From Tubulanus polymorphus (Eukaryota > Animalia > Nemertea): a stretch of DNA of 64,000 nucleotides. Position numbers and translations under genes: made by a program. Position 1 is the first letter of the stretch. Each line of letters starts with the position of its first letter. The stretch covers positions 5,084,001-5,148,000 of the forward strand of contig NC_134029.1 in NCBI RefSeq assembly GCF_964204645.1, in the 5' to 3' direction. The notes under the pieces are model-generated. The model was not told where the DNA came from and did not search any database. It saw only the letters and a list, made by a program, of their open reading frames with translations. Shown piece after piece: positions 10,005-21,720 of this stretch.

Positions 10005-12439
10005 CCAGACTTGAAGCTTCGTGATATGACAATCATAAATACAAATGCACCATTGTACAGAAGCAGTTTCATTTACATGATAATAATATTGATATATGCT
10101 CTATACAATATACAACGAATTTTTGTATTCGTCAGAAAATGTCTTCCATTTTATGTTATTTCACTCGAGAGCTCCCCCACAGACAGAAATGAATAGATAT
10201 ATACGATTGAAATCTGATTTGTAATTACAAAACCATATAGCCTTCTAGAAAGCTCTTTAAATGCCAGTAATTTACATTTGCCAGGGTTCCTACAATCCCA
10301 ATAAAACCCACGAAATCTGGGATTTAACGATATGGATGAAAACAGGAGGGGCCTGATTCGAGGCAACACTGTAACGCTGTATTTTACAAGCAGAACACTA
10401 GATCGGCACTTCTAAATGTATTATCAAACTTTGGAGTAATCATTTGACAAATGATTACTCCAAGATCAAACGAAGATATCATCTTTTTAAAAGAGTTCCA
10501 CAGTTCTAGATTGAGTTAAAATACCCGCTGCGGTACCGAGTCCCGAGCTAAGCTAGTATATATACATCCCTTTCGCAGCATTCCAACCGCGACATGGACA
10601 TCGTTTTACATCCATGCCTGGAGTAACATTTTTCCAAATACATTACTCCAGACTTCGGGTGAAATATTGCTCTGCGACTAACACTGATGCGATAAGCTTG
10701 AGCACAAAGAGCATATTCCTTCACAATACACGACGAGACTAAAATCATTGACGATATTCTGTAGTAAATATGCATTAATAAACAATGTTTAGACAAAAAT
10801 ACTCTTTGCTAGAACGTGCTGACTTCAAGTTTGCACCGTCCGTGTTTCATTCACATTAGACACAAGTAACACAACACCCGTCTCTCAAAAAGCCACAAAA
10901 TAATTTCCCACGAACTCCACACAGATTGAAGTAACGCAACGAAAGAAAAACCGTATACTACTTTGGGGTTTTTAATAATAACTCGGTGTGATGATCATGA
11001 TGCATGACTGATGAAATGACAAGTGTAGGAAAGTTGAGCACCATGTATATAGATGAAACTGTTTACATATACAATATGATTATTAAAATGTACGTTGATG
11101 GTGATTCACATAGTTATTATTCGTCTACATTCATATTTACAGTTAACAGATTAAAATAATCCTTGAAATTCAGTTCAGAGATTATCAACGGGGATTACTG
11201 ACCATACCGGGTTAACTTTGCACTGCAGAACTTCCTATTTTTTACGTTTGATCACTTGGTGGTCCCTTATCGTAATTGGTAGGATAGATTTGTGGATCCT
11301 AACCACTATCAACCACATTTGCATTGTGAATTTGGCACCAAACAAACCGCATAACTAGAGTTGGCGGTTTAGCGCAGTTACATAACCAAATTTCATAGTA
11401 CGTACATATTTTATACATTTACATATCTGTTCTACAGTTTATCAAAACACATATATATGTACTATGAAATCTATTTATATCCAGAAAACTCGACACGAAA
11501 GAAAGAGAGAGCGCGCGAGAGCATACGATATATGATACAAAATGACTGTTCTGATATGTAAATCTCAATTGTTAATCATTATTTGCACTAAATCATCCAG
11601 TAATCAATATCTATTTACAAGTTAATCAGTTATAATCTGACGTCATCGGTTTTTTACACAATATATATGTACATAATCTTTTGAACAGACAACCTTTTTG
11701 GCCACGTGATTGGTTAAGACATAACGAAGATCATCGGTCATTATTGGTCGATAGAAAAGTACCTATAACATAAATCATACAACGAATTTAACCTCTTAGA
11801 ATTCATTGAGATTTAAGCGAACAAAAATCGATGGATTATTAACATAAATGATGAATAATCAAAACAACGAATCGTTTGCTTGGCTCGATGAAATAATTCA
11901 GAAAGTAAGTTTCTTTAGTAAAGCGCCTTGCCTATCTATCATATTCATTATGAAGCGCCTATAATTTGTTTACCAGTATTATCATAGATCTGATAGATGG
12001 CAACAAGGGTTATAAAAGTAAATGACATTCATGAACTGCGACGTTATCGAATTTCCTAATGGTATTTTTATGTTCGGGAGCGTCGTCGTCATCTGTCGCT
12101 AAAACACGAGTCGCAGCTGCAAGATTAGTTGTATTTTCCGAAACTGTTCGAATCGGTCGCAAAAACGTTATAACCGAAAAATAAACAATAGAATATATAT
12201 TATGGTGAACTGTATTGTGTGATTGTCCTCCGCTGTTGGAGACATTGGACGGTTCACAGCACAGAAAAATCATCATCATTATACGTATATATAGCCTATA
12301 TATATATATTTCGTACGCATCGCATATGCGTAAAAAAATAATGAAAATCACAGAAATGTTTGCATCTAGTTGACTTGATGGAATCATCGCGAATGTTGCT
12401 TTAGACCGTGCAGACCTCCCCTGCCTCGAAATATGTGTA

Positions 12440-12816
12440 TCAAACTCTGTCGTCGGTATAATTGACGTCATGGAAAAACAGATTTTCAATCTCGACGCAC
12501 AGTTTTTCTGGATCTATAGATTCAGAGTCTTTCTTCGATACAGGTGGGGAATCGCTGTTCGAGCGGGAGTCTCTGGCGCACCGACGCAGTGACGGCGACG
12601 GCGAGTGTTCGTATTTGACGTTTTTATCCGGACTTGTATCCGCCCATGGCCGAAAGGAGTTTAACGACGAGTTGTTCAGTCGTTCGTTGTTGATGGATTT
12701 TTCCTGGAAACTCGACGGCACCGTTGTTAGAGGTGATCGGCGCGCGTTGACGATTTTGCGCGGGTATCTGGGCGGAGCGCGCGTATGAAAGTTTGGATGT
12801 ATCACGTGATTCGACT
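12440..12816 (-). CDS. Protocadherin, last coding exon (ESNHVIHPNF...LCVEIENLFFHDVNYTDDRV*)
   Basis: Acceptor ttttttttcctatttgcag; the phase-1 junction matches the preceding exon. Open frame to TGA at 12440, Ser/Pro/Arg-rich with an LCxEIxxLFF C-terminal segment. Confidence 0.8.
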
Positions 12817-12885
12817 CTGCAAATAGGAAAAAAACACGGATGATAACGAGATGAACAATTTGAAAACGGAGCTCACTTGTTCTAG

Positions 12886-13016
12886 TTGTAAAATTTCGGG
12901 TTGCCTGTAGGTGTCTTATACAACATTATGTAGAAATAGTCAGCAAACAAGCCCTCCATCTTACATAAAATGATCTGTGTTGTGGAGACACCTAAGGGTA
13001 ACCTAAGTTTTACAAA
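12886..13016. mobile_element. Degenerate foldback/MITE
   Basis: ttgtaaaatttcgggttgcctgtaggtgtcttatacaaca pairs imperfectly with tgttgtggagacacctaagggtaacctaagttttacaa. Confidence 0.6.
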
Positions 13017-13303
13017 CGTGGTCCCAATGGTGATCTATGGAATTTTCACATTTTCACAACAAAATTCCAGGATTTTTTAAACATTTTTTAACACAAACAG
13101 AGAGCACCATTGCCTATGTTGTTTTATGTCGTGTTTTTTCAATTATTGCATAAGTACCGGTATTTGTGGTTACCTCCCTGACTAAAGGCGCCCGCGAATG
13201 AATATTCTCTATCATGCACGCATCAAACCGAAATACGAAACGTAAATATCTGGAGATTACATAACACTCAACAGATATCAGCCTCACTACTACGCGGCCA
13301 ATC

Positions 13304-13495
13304 AGGACCCAGTTCCATAAGCCCAATGCACACGACACAGGGAAACACAGGAACGCAGAATCAAACATGTTTCCGAAATATTGTTTCCCGAAACCATGTT
13401 TCTCGTAAACCCACACAACACAGGGAAACGCCTGGAAACGATGAACTAATTTTGATTCGGAGTTAACCCTAGCTCACAACTGTGGAACTGGGCCC
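13304..13495. mobile_element. MITE relic (ggacccagttcca...tggaactgggcc) containing a partial copy of the gcacacgacacagg family
   Basis: Terminal inverted match cccagttcca/tggaactggg. The internal segment 13320-13440 resembles 15830-15997 and 37139-37374. Confidence 0.55.
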
Positions 13496-13740
13496 AAGGC
13501 TTTTACTGGCTTAACGCTAACCAAATTCTTGAGCTCCTGCACGTAGGTTTAGATTCATACGTAGCGCATTGAGGATGTGCGGTATTGGGGATATACACGG
13601 ACGTCCGTTAGCCGCTTACGTTTGACGGAAATCATCGGTGAAACACTATCATGAACCTCAGTAAATTTATAAACTCAGTGATATGATTTCGAGAAAATTA
13701 TTATCGCGCTTAGAATCGACGGAATATTGAAGGAATTTAC

Positions 13741-13912
13741 CTTTTAATTGCAAAGATTGTGGATGGTTAGGTACCGGAACGTAGTTGTGTCCGCAATAAT
13801 CGCTGTCGCTACCACCGCGGCCGCTGTCAGTTGTTGTTACACTTGGCACGGTCGATGATTCACTGTCCGTATCATTCGGATGTTTCTTCATCAAGTCAGC
13901 TAGACCTTTCAT
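13741..13912 (-). CDS. Protocadherin, cytoplasmic exon with CM1-like motif (DTDSESS...TDSGRGGSD)
   Basis: Acceptor ctctgcag|ATG at 13912 and donor AAG|GTAAAT at 13740. DSGRGGS resembles the DSGxG core of delta-protocadherin CM1. Confidence 0.85.
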
Positions 13913-15829
13913 CTGCAGAGAGCATCAAGCACTATAAATCAGAACAGACCAAAATGTAATAGTGGCATGGAATGAATTTTTGTTTTTAGCTCCAGTGCTT
14001 TCCAAACGACATTTATCAAGAGCAATGCTTGAAAACGATAACAATCGCCATTTCTGTTGCATCACTTTCTCGCGGTACAGCGCTGCGTTTAAACTAACAT
14101 CAAAATCAAATGTAGTTCAGTTGTTACACTTAAATCCTACATGGGAGGCATTGATTTACGTTTCTATTCAGATTCAAAGGCGAAAGTTGAAAACCTTTCC
14201 CACGATTTCCATAATCGAACTCCATCGCATCGTCTTATTTTGCTATGATCGGGAAAAACGCGGCTTGTCTCACCGAATTTGATAATCGATCAACTATTGA
14301 AGTGGGATAGAACCAATGAAAACAACACGCACGCAAGTCAACCATCCAATTGTACGAAATCGTGTGTATTTTGCGAGTTAAGGTAAGTGCCACATAAAGT
14401 GATCAATTTTCAAATAAATAACCGATTTCATTTTGTATTCGTAAAAAAAGTATTTTTTGATGTGGAAATATAACGGAATAGATTTTGTAAACAACTTCAA
14501 AAACTGTTTTATGTTTTCCTATTGACATCGTCCCTGGTTAAGTAGGTGCGTATATACAATGACCTGTATACCAGCTTGGACTTTCTGATCATCTTTGCAT
14601 CATCAACGAGTCTCCTCTCATTAACGCTATAAACTTTGATCTCGAAAGCCGTCAATATCGTACAAATGTTACGCCCATGTATTGGTCTACGTGTAGCGTC
14701 GAGCCCCGATCGATTCGGGGCCATCATCGGTAATAGCATGGCGTTGGTATATTGGTTGCCGCATCAAAAGAGAGATGGATTAGCGGGGCCTACAGACAAA
14801 ATGGCTTGTAATGACGAAATGACAATTAACTTGCGTCAGCCTCTTCGATTAAGCAAAGGAGCAGTCTAAAGGTGTATCTGAGTGACTTGCAGAGGCGGTC
14901 ATTACGAGCCCTATTTACTTTCGGAATTCTGTACGTTATTTATTCCCTAATGAGCTACTTCATGAGACGCACAAAATGATGAATAGGCCGAAGGTATGGC
15001 GCGCGATACTAGAGAAATAATAATACGCACTTCGATAGCAAAGAAAGACACCCTTGAAAACGGCGCAAAAGAATTCTCGAGTATACTTCGCGCAAGCTCA
15101 GATGCTGATGGCAAAATGTTCAAAGGAACTAAGTAACGTAGCAAATGGCAAAGCATCAGAAAATCAAAACTGATTCGGATGCTCAGTCGACTAAAATTCA
15201 CTAAAACAAACAATGTATGCGCAAATATGAATAGATTTTCACATTCTTCACGGTATAATCATTGCCACGTTTCAAAGATACTCGAGAGTTTTATTTTGTT
15301 GTATTCTACATCGATACTATCCGTAGGCATTTTGTATTTTCAATTTGAACCTATGTAAGGTTTGCCCAAAGTTAACATTTAGCGTTAAGTAACCGACATT
15401 TTGAGTAAACTAATATAATGAAATCGCCTGCGGAACGACAATTTTATCATTGATTTGAAAAAAGACATTTTGAACAACATCAAAAGTGTTATACGTTGCA
15501 GAGCATACGTTTTGCGCGAATCTTTTTCATCATTTACTTCGAAATTATCGATTAATTGCCGCCCGAGAGCGGCAGACAAAATGTTAAAATATTTGATCAT
15601 AATATTATAAACTATAGATTTTATGGTGGAGTTCACTGAATGAAGTATAGCAATGGTAAGAGTTTGTCGCTTTAACGATCATTGAGGTGACTGACATACG
15701 TAGTCAAAATTATGCGTCACTGGGTTTCTCTTATTGACCTGTTTTAAACAGCCCTGCGGCTAACGAAGTTTATCTATACTTGAATTATCGAAAGAGTGTG
15801 TGGAAAATATGAACGTTTAGTTTTTGAAA

Positions 15830-15997
15830 TAAACCCGTTTCCACCGCGCGACGCACAGGAAAACATGGAAACAAAGAGACAGAAACATGTTTCCGAGCGT
15901 CGTATGCGTTTACGAAAAACGATGAACATGATTCAGAAAACAATGATTCCGAGATCAAAAATATTTGATTCCGTGTTTCTGTGTTACCTGCGGTTCG
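15830..15997. mobile_element. Diverged copy of the gcacacgacacagg MITE family, abutting a protocadherin exon
   Basis: gaaaacaatgattccgagatcaaaaatatttgattccgtgtttctgtgtt aligns by eye with gaaacaattttttccgagatcaaacaatatgtttgattccacgtttctgtgtt at 37296-37348. Confidence 0.6.
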
Positions 15998-16140
15998 TTA
16001 TGTTTTGATTTCCACGGTTGATGTTCACGTTTTGACCATGGATCCCTGTGACCAGAGAGGTTGTCTATCTGTCTCTTGTCATACATTGATGGATTTACCG
16101 GGGTACTGTCGTGGGTCAATAAGCTGGGCGTTTGGAGCAT
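15988..16140 (-). CDS. Protocadherin, probable cytoplasmic exon (MLQTPSLLTHDSTP...KHNEPQ)
   Basis: Strong acceptor ctaaaggtttttttcttcatattttcag and an open frame, phase 0 at both ends. Donor CAG|GTAACA at 15987, with an alternative phase-0 donor CCG|GTAAAT at 16098. Confidence 0.6.
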
Positions 16141-18687
16141 CTGAAAATATGAAGAAAAAAACCTTTAGACACCATGTGAAACACGAACGAAAAAAAACAT
16201 CTAAGTGAAGTAAGTTTAAGTCAAGCCTACTCCTGCACTCCCTTTAACCATCCCAGATGACAAGATTTGAGCTATCAAGCGTCGATGAGATTTTCAGAAA
16301 AAAAAACAAGGTAAATTCCGTCCACTTTTAACATCATGTTCGTGTACAACAATTTTAAAAATGCTGGTGCGAGCGAGGCAAAAATAGATTCTTTTGACTT
16401 GGATTTTTTTCTCCGACTTTTTAGATTTGTGTTTTTCTGAAAACAACTGCCCTATTCCCACGTCCTAAAATATGCGACGGTGCAATTTTTCTTGCATTTT
16501 TTCATTTACACTAATGGATAACATCTATCCTACATCTAATTCTTTCCCATTAGACACATATGGTCATTCCTTGTATTTCCAAAATCAACACAGAAAACGC
16601 CATCGATTGAAAAATTTGGACGGTCAAAATGCCTTTATACGAATCGAGTGTTATTCAAGTAGATTTTCTCATGTAACGCGAGTACATGATTTTCCGCTCA
16701 AGTCATCGTGTCATTTTGCTTCTGAATAACGAATCAAAAACCGGCTTCGATCGATTTTCGTCAGGTTTGAAATAAACAGGCGAAAAATCAACCAGCCTAC
16801 AGATGGAACTAATGGATAGGGCCGTCGTCGTTGTTGCAACAATCCGCGAGCGAGCTATCAGCGCTTCATCGCTAGTTTCCAGGTGTACGTGTGTTAGCGG
16901 GTTCAACGTTTCTAATTTACAAATTGAAGGATTCGATCATCTAATACCACGGCGCCGTGTCGTCCAATGCCATTTGCACCACGCGTGCAGAAAAATCGTG
17001 TCTCGTTGCCTGGTGCATCGTTTTTACAGAGCTCACTCTCTCTCTCTCTCTTACGATGAAAACAGTCTATACGGGGCCCGCCAAATACAAGTCATGCACT
17101 CATTAATTATCAACGACTCAATATGAATGCAACCAATTTATAAAATTCCCCTGCTATTTGCATGTCAATTCGTACAGAAATTATGGCCCGGTGATCATTA
17201 TGAGCGCCCATAGATCATGCGAGGAGAGCAATTTCAATCGGCAACGATTTCACTCTCGAAAACAACGTATCTTCTTATTTTTCCGAAGCGGCGGCATCAC
17301 ACTTCATTAAAAATTCATTCTAACATGTGCATTGCGAAAACATCATAACTACAAACAAAGAGAATTTGCTTACGGTTCTAGTGAAGTATATCGTAGCGAT
17401 GGGAGTTCGAAGAAATCTCTGAACTCGTTAGTCATAGTGAAATCTACGCTATCAATTTCGTTCATTGCCTACGCGCGTATAAATTTCAATAAACCACTGA
17501 AATATCGCTTAAATTTACGACCTTCAAGGATAAAGTTTCCAGCACTGCTCTACCCCGAGGGTCTATTTAGACCAGAACGGTTGATGCAGTTTTAAGGATT
17601 AATTGGATCTAACTTTGTGCTTTAATACGCTGTCAAGATGACAATTTGAACATCAGAAGTTTAAGTAATTACGTCGGAAACGCTCACAGCAAATTTCGAA
17701 TGTAATCTCGCATTTGAGTCAGGGCTCAGTTGGAACCCTTGGAGTATAGAGTTTTACTGTTTCAACGCGCAAATATCTTTTCATGTGTATCTTGAAAGCT
17801 GTTTTACATTAATATATCGGTATCGAACAATTTGACCATTATTCCTTTATCTCCAGATACCGATAAATCAGATTCGACGTCATTCAATTTGTCGTCTCAT
17901 ATTAAAGTAACTTTTGTTATTAAGATTTAATTTCAATTTACATCATGATTAAGTATCGGACGTTCGGGGACGTACAGTAACGGCGGTCTCGGTCTGACAC
18001 GGGATTCCGCTGCAGGTTCGAGTCCCAAAGGTTCACATAAAGATAGATGGCTTACTAATGACTCTATGACGGAAGAAAGATGTTCATAAACATATTTTAC
18101 ACGTCGAAATGAAAGTATTATTTCTCTAGCATTAGTTCCGCAATCGAATAAACAAAAAAAAACTAGATTAGAGCACCTTAAACATATGGACGAAAACAAT
18201 GAAATATGTGAACGAGATATTAGGAAACTACGGACGTACCCTACCGCGCAGTTCCCACCGATATATTCTTTTCTGATCCCAAACAAGATGTGTATACAGC
18301 AAGGGCTGAATTGGATCTTATAGGAAAACTCGACAACAAACCGCGATGAAATTCTTCAAAGAACCCCCTCGATTACGATTGACGTAGTCCAGACATATTC
18401 GCATTGTGGATACACACATATAATATAACAATTGAGAATACGGTGAGCATGTTTCCCACAATTCATCACAGATAAACCGCAACGTAAAGCGATAAAAACA
18501 AGACAAGCACTCGAGCGTTATCCAGATAAAATCGGGTTTACTAGTTACACTGTTTTCACCCTACCTGCATACACTGAATTGCCAACCGAAATACTTCTGC
18601 AATAGCAGTTCTGAGAATTGCGGGCATTTTTCTTTTTTCGAAAATGTCAGTCATAGCTTTTTTGTTTATTTCACTTTTACAAGTACA

Positions 18688-18892
18688 CAGGGGGCCACTT
18701 TCCGCCCATTTACAAATCCCCAAATAGTTTTCCCTGTGATTACGCAAAATTTCCTGAGTGAATCAAAGAAATTACTCGGTTTAAAATGTTAAGATTTATT
18801 TATTTTTCATTGAATCACGTATTGATAAAGAAATACGCGGACAATAGCAACATTCTAGAATTTTCTAGATTTTCCAGGTCAGTGCCACCCTG
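18688..18892. mobile_element. MITE with CAGGG...CCCTG termini
   Basis: TIRs cagggggccact and agtgccaccctg; the flanks aagtaca / aagtata form an imperfect TSD. Confidence 0.55.
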
Positions 18893-21529
18893 AAGTATAG
18901 CCCATTCAAGCTGGCCCGGATTGCAGAATTTCAACCGAGCATTCGATTAACCCATGGACATCTAGTCCCAAATATTTTTTATCCCATGGTCGCGCTACGA
19001 CCAATTCACTAAGAGATCAGTGATTATATTCTGAGAAATTGACAAATTAAATATCAATCGACTCCTACGCATTTTCTACTTCTTTTTCTCTTGAAGGCCA
19101 TTTTTCTTTATAAATTATCCGATGCTGCTGAAATTCAATTACATCTTTTATCATCACCAGCAGATGATCATATCTTGTCTTTGAGAACAAAGGCGTTTCC
19201 AAATACCGCTCTCGGTTACCGCTGCGTAGGTCGCCATCATCTATTGTGGTAACTCTCAAAGACTTTATCTAAAAGTTAGTTTGGAAAGTAAATTCTGGTA
19301 AAAGGTCAGTGAAACTTGTATCAAATTCAAAGAAAAATGGATATACGATATGATGAAAAAGCATAAGTTTAGAATTTCGAGAATTCCATACAAGCCCCTT
19401 CCAAAAACCGGCAATGCAAAATAGATTCGTAGAAGACTACCAATAACCGCAGCTGATGCGTTGCGCCGCCTGGACATAAGTCACCTTTTGTCGACGTCAT
19501 TAACACCGAGCCCCGCAAGAAGAACGGCTAGTCCACTCAGCGCATAACTGATACTGATGAAAACCAACCGAGAAGAAAAAACAAATGATCATTGAAATGC
19601 ATTGATATCATTAATGTAATGAATGGATGGCCATTTCTGTATCGCCGACAGTGCTTGGTTAATGAAGGAGAACCTGATGTCCAGTGCCCAGTATAATTTA
19701 CCTATAACAATGCAAATGCGCTACTAAACAATGTCCGACATCGACGGTATACATGACTCGTTAGCACAATTGTCAATCTTAGCAGCGCTAACACAGACTA
19801 CATTGACATCATCTGTTATCTTCACTTAGTCGTAATTGCATCGCGCGAAAAATCTGTGAGTCCGACACAAACTCTACAGCCCGGAGACAATTTATATAAA
19901 AATGGCACTAAGAGGAAACCTTTTTGGATGCAGCAAATACTTACTCACACTTCAAGGGGAAGAAGCAGTATTTTGGAATAAACTCTTCTACTAATTTTGT
20001 CATCCAGAGGAAAAATTGACAATGCGTAGCTATTTACACCTTAACATGTTGTAAACTCGTTTCGCAAAACTTACAGACATTAAAACAAAAGGCTTTGTCT
20101 GCGTTCGATCGTGAATTCACGTTGAAAACCCGGATATTCGCGACGTCTCCGAGCTCAATTAATTAATCAAAGACCTTTGCGTGTTTGTTGAATTCGCGTG
20201 CAGCATCGGGACTAGTTTTACGTATCCAATACACAACCATATCCACGCAACAGCGCTGCCGTCGCAGTCGTGTACTTACGTTTCAGTAAATCGAGGCTGT
20301 CAATATTTAGGGTTAAATTATTGATAGTTTAAGCATCAACTACTTATAGATTGAACCGAAGGTAATTTTCACGTTTATATATGGCGAATATCGACGTGCA
20401 ACCGAAATTACCAATACTAACGACCGATCGCGGTATGTATATATGACACACTCTATCCGTGGTGCGTCAGGGCATCGATGTTCCAATCGGCGGAATACGC
20501 GCTCTATTCTTATCGTCGGGTTGGAAACGTTTTTCATAAAAATCCGTTTAAAATGTCACTCCGCTGAGACTTTTAATGGGTTTATCATATGCGAGAGAAT
20601 TGCGACGAAAACTTTGCGAAAGGAGTCTGTTGATTTGCGCATCTTCCACTGAAATCGGTTTTGGATTCATAATATTTTGGTGGAGAGCGAAACAAGCCCA
20701 GCCCGGAATTTTAAAATCAATAATCAATGTTTCTTTGAAGGTGTTTGATACTGGATACTTTATCTGATCTGTCGTTTGATACTGATTCGAACGCAGATAA
20801 CATTCAGATATTTCCCCCACCCCAAAATCAACAAGGAATAATGGCACATATTTTCTGTCAATGGCAAGTAAAATAGAAATCGATGACGAACACAAAGCGC
20901 TCCCGGCAGTTATTTCGACCATTTAAATCAACAAGGGCGACGTAAATATGGGTAATTTTTAGAATTGTACAAAATAAATAATCATGTATTGATAGAAATA
21001 ATGGATTTGATTATATTTGCTATAATTGTTTTCATACGACAATCTTTATCTTCTATAGACAAACATCGAACCAAAATAGACGATACACATTTGCCGTCTG
21101 TCAGCAACATGTTACGCCCGTAGAAACGATTAACGATTGTTTTAAATCGATCGATACCTCGCAGGTACTGTCACAGCGGCCGGCTTGAAAATCATGATTA
21201 AAAGTCGATTTATAGGGACTTGAAAGTGCCTGTCAGAAGCAGCGAACATCCATCAAGTATCACTATCTTGCCCTGAACGTATGACATAATATTGACTAAT
21301 TTCACATTCAATAATCATTTAATCCATATTCATCTATCTATTTCGATTAGAAATAGGCTGTTTTCTATACTGTCGAAAACAATTCGTCGCCGGAAGTGCA
21401 CCAAAATGGCCGCTAAATCGGATAATGTCAGATTATATAAGTATAAGCGCTTATATAGGACTAAGGTCTTAGCATCTTGACTTGTCAGACTTATTTGGAC
21501 TTATGAATCAGAGTCTAGAGCTTTTCAAT

Positions 21530-21720
21530 GATAATGATAAAATCTGTAAATTTGTATTGCGCTTTTTTCGTTTAAGAAATGTTCACCAGCAGCGCTTATG
21601 TGAGTCGTGATTAACTGTATCTACAGTCCGTACACGCTGTGCTGAGAAACAGATATTCGAGACTATGTTTCTATATGGTCAGAGTTGAAGAGGATGTCGT
21701 GCGTCATACGAATCCAGTTA
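21530..21720 (-). mobile_element. Possible old L2-type LINE 3' end relic
   Basis: gataatgataa...aatttgtattgcgc...cagcgctt resembles the reverse-complemented aagcgc...gcgctatacaaat-(tat)n L2 tail. Recognised by eye only. Confidence 0.3.

Noticed and set aside
12010-12489. 159-aa minus-strand ORF overlapping the protocadherin stop
   Set aside because: Non-ATG start, low-complexity AT-rich translation, and it lies in the predicted 3' UTR.
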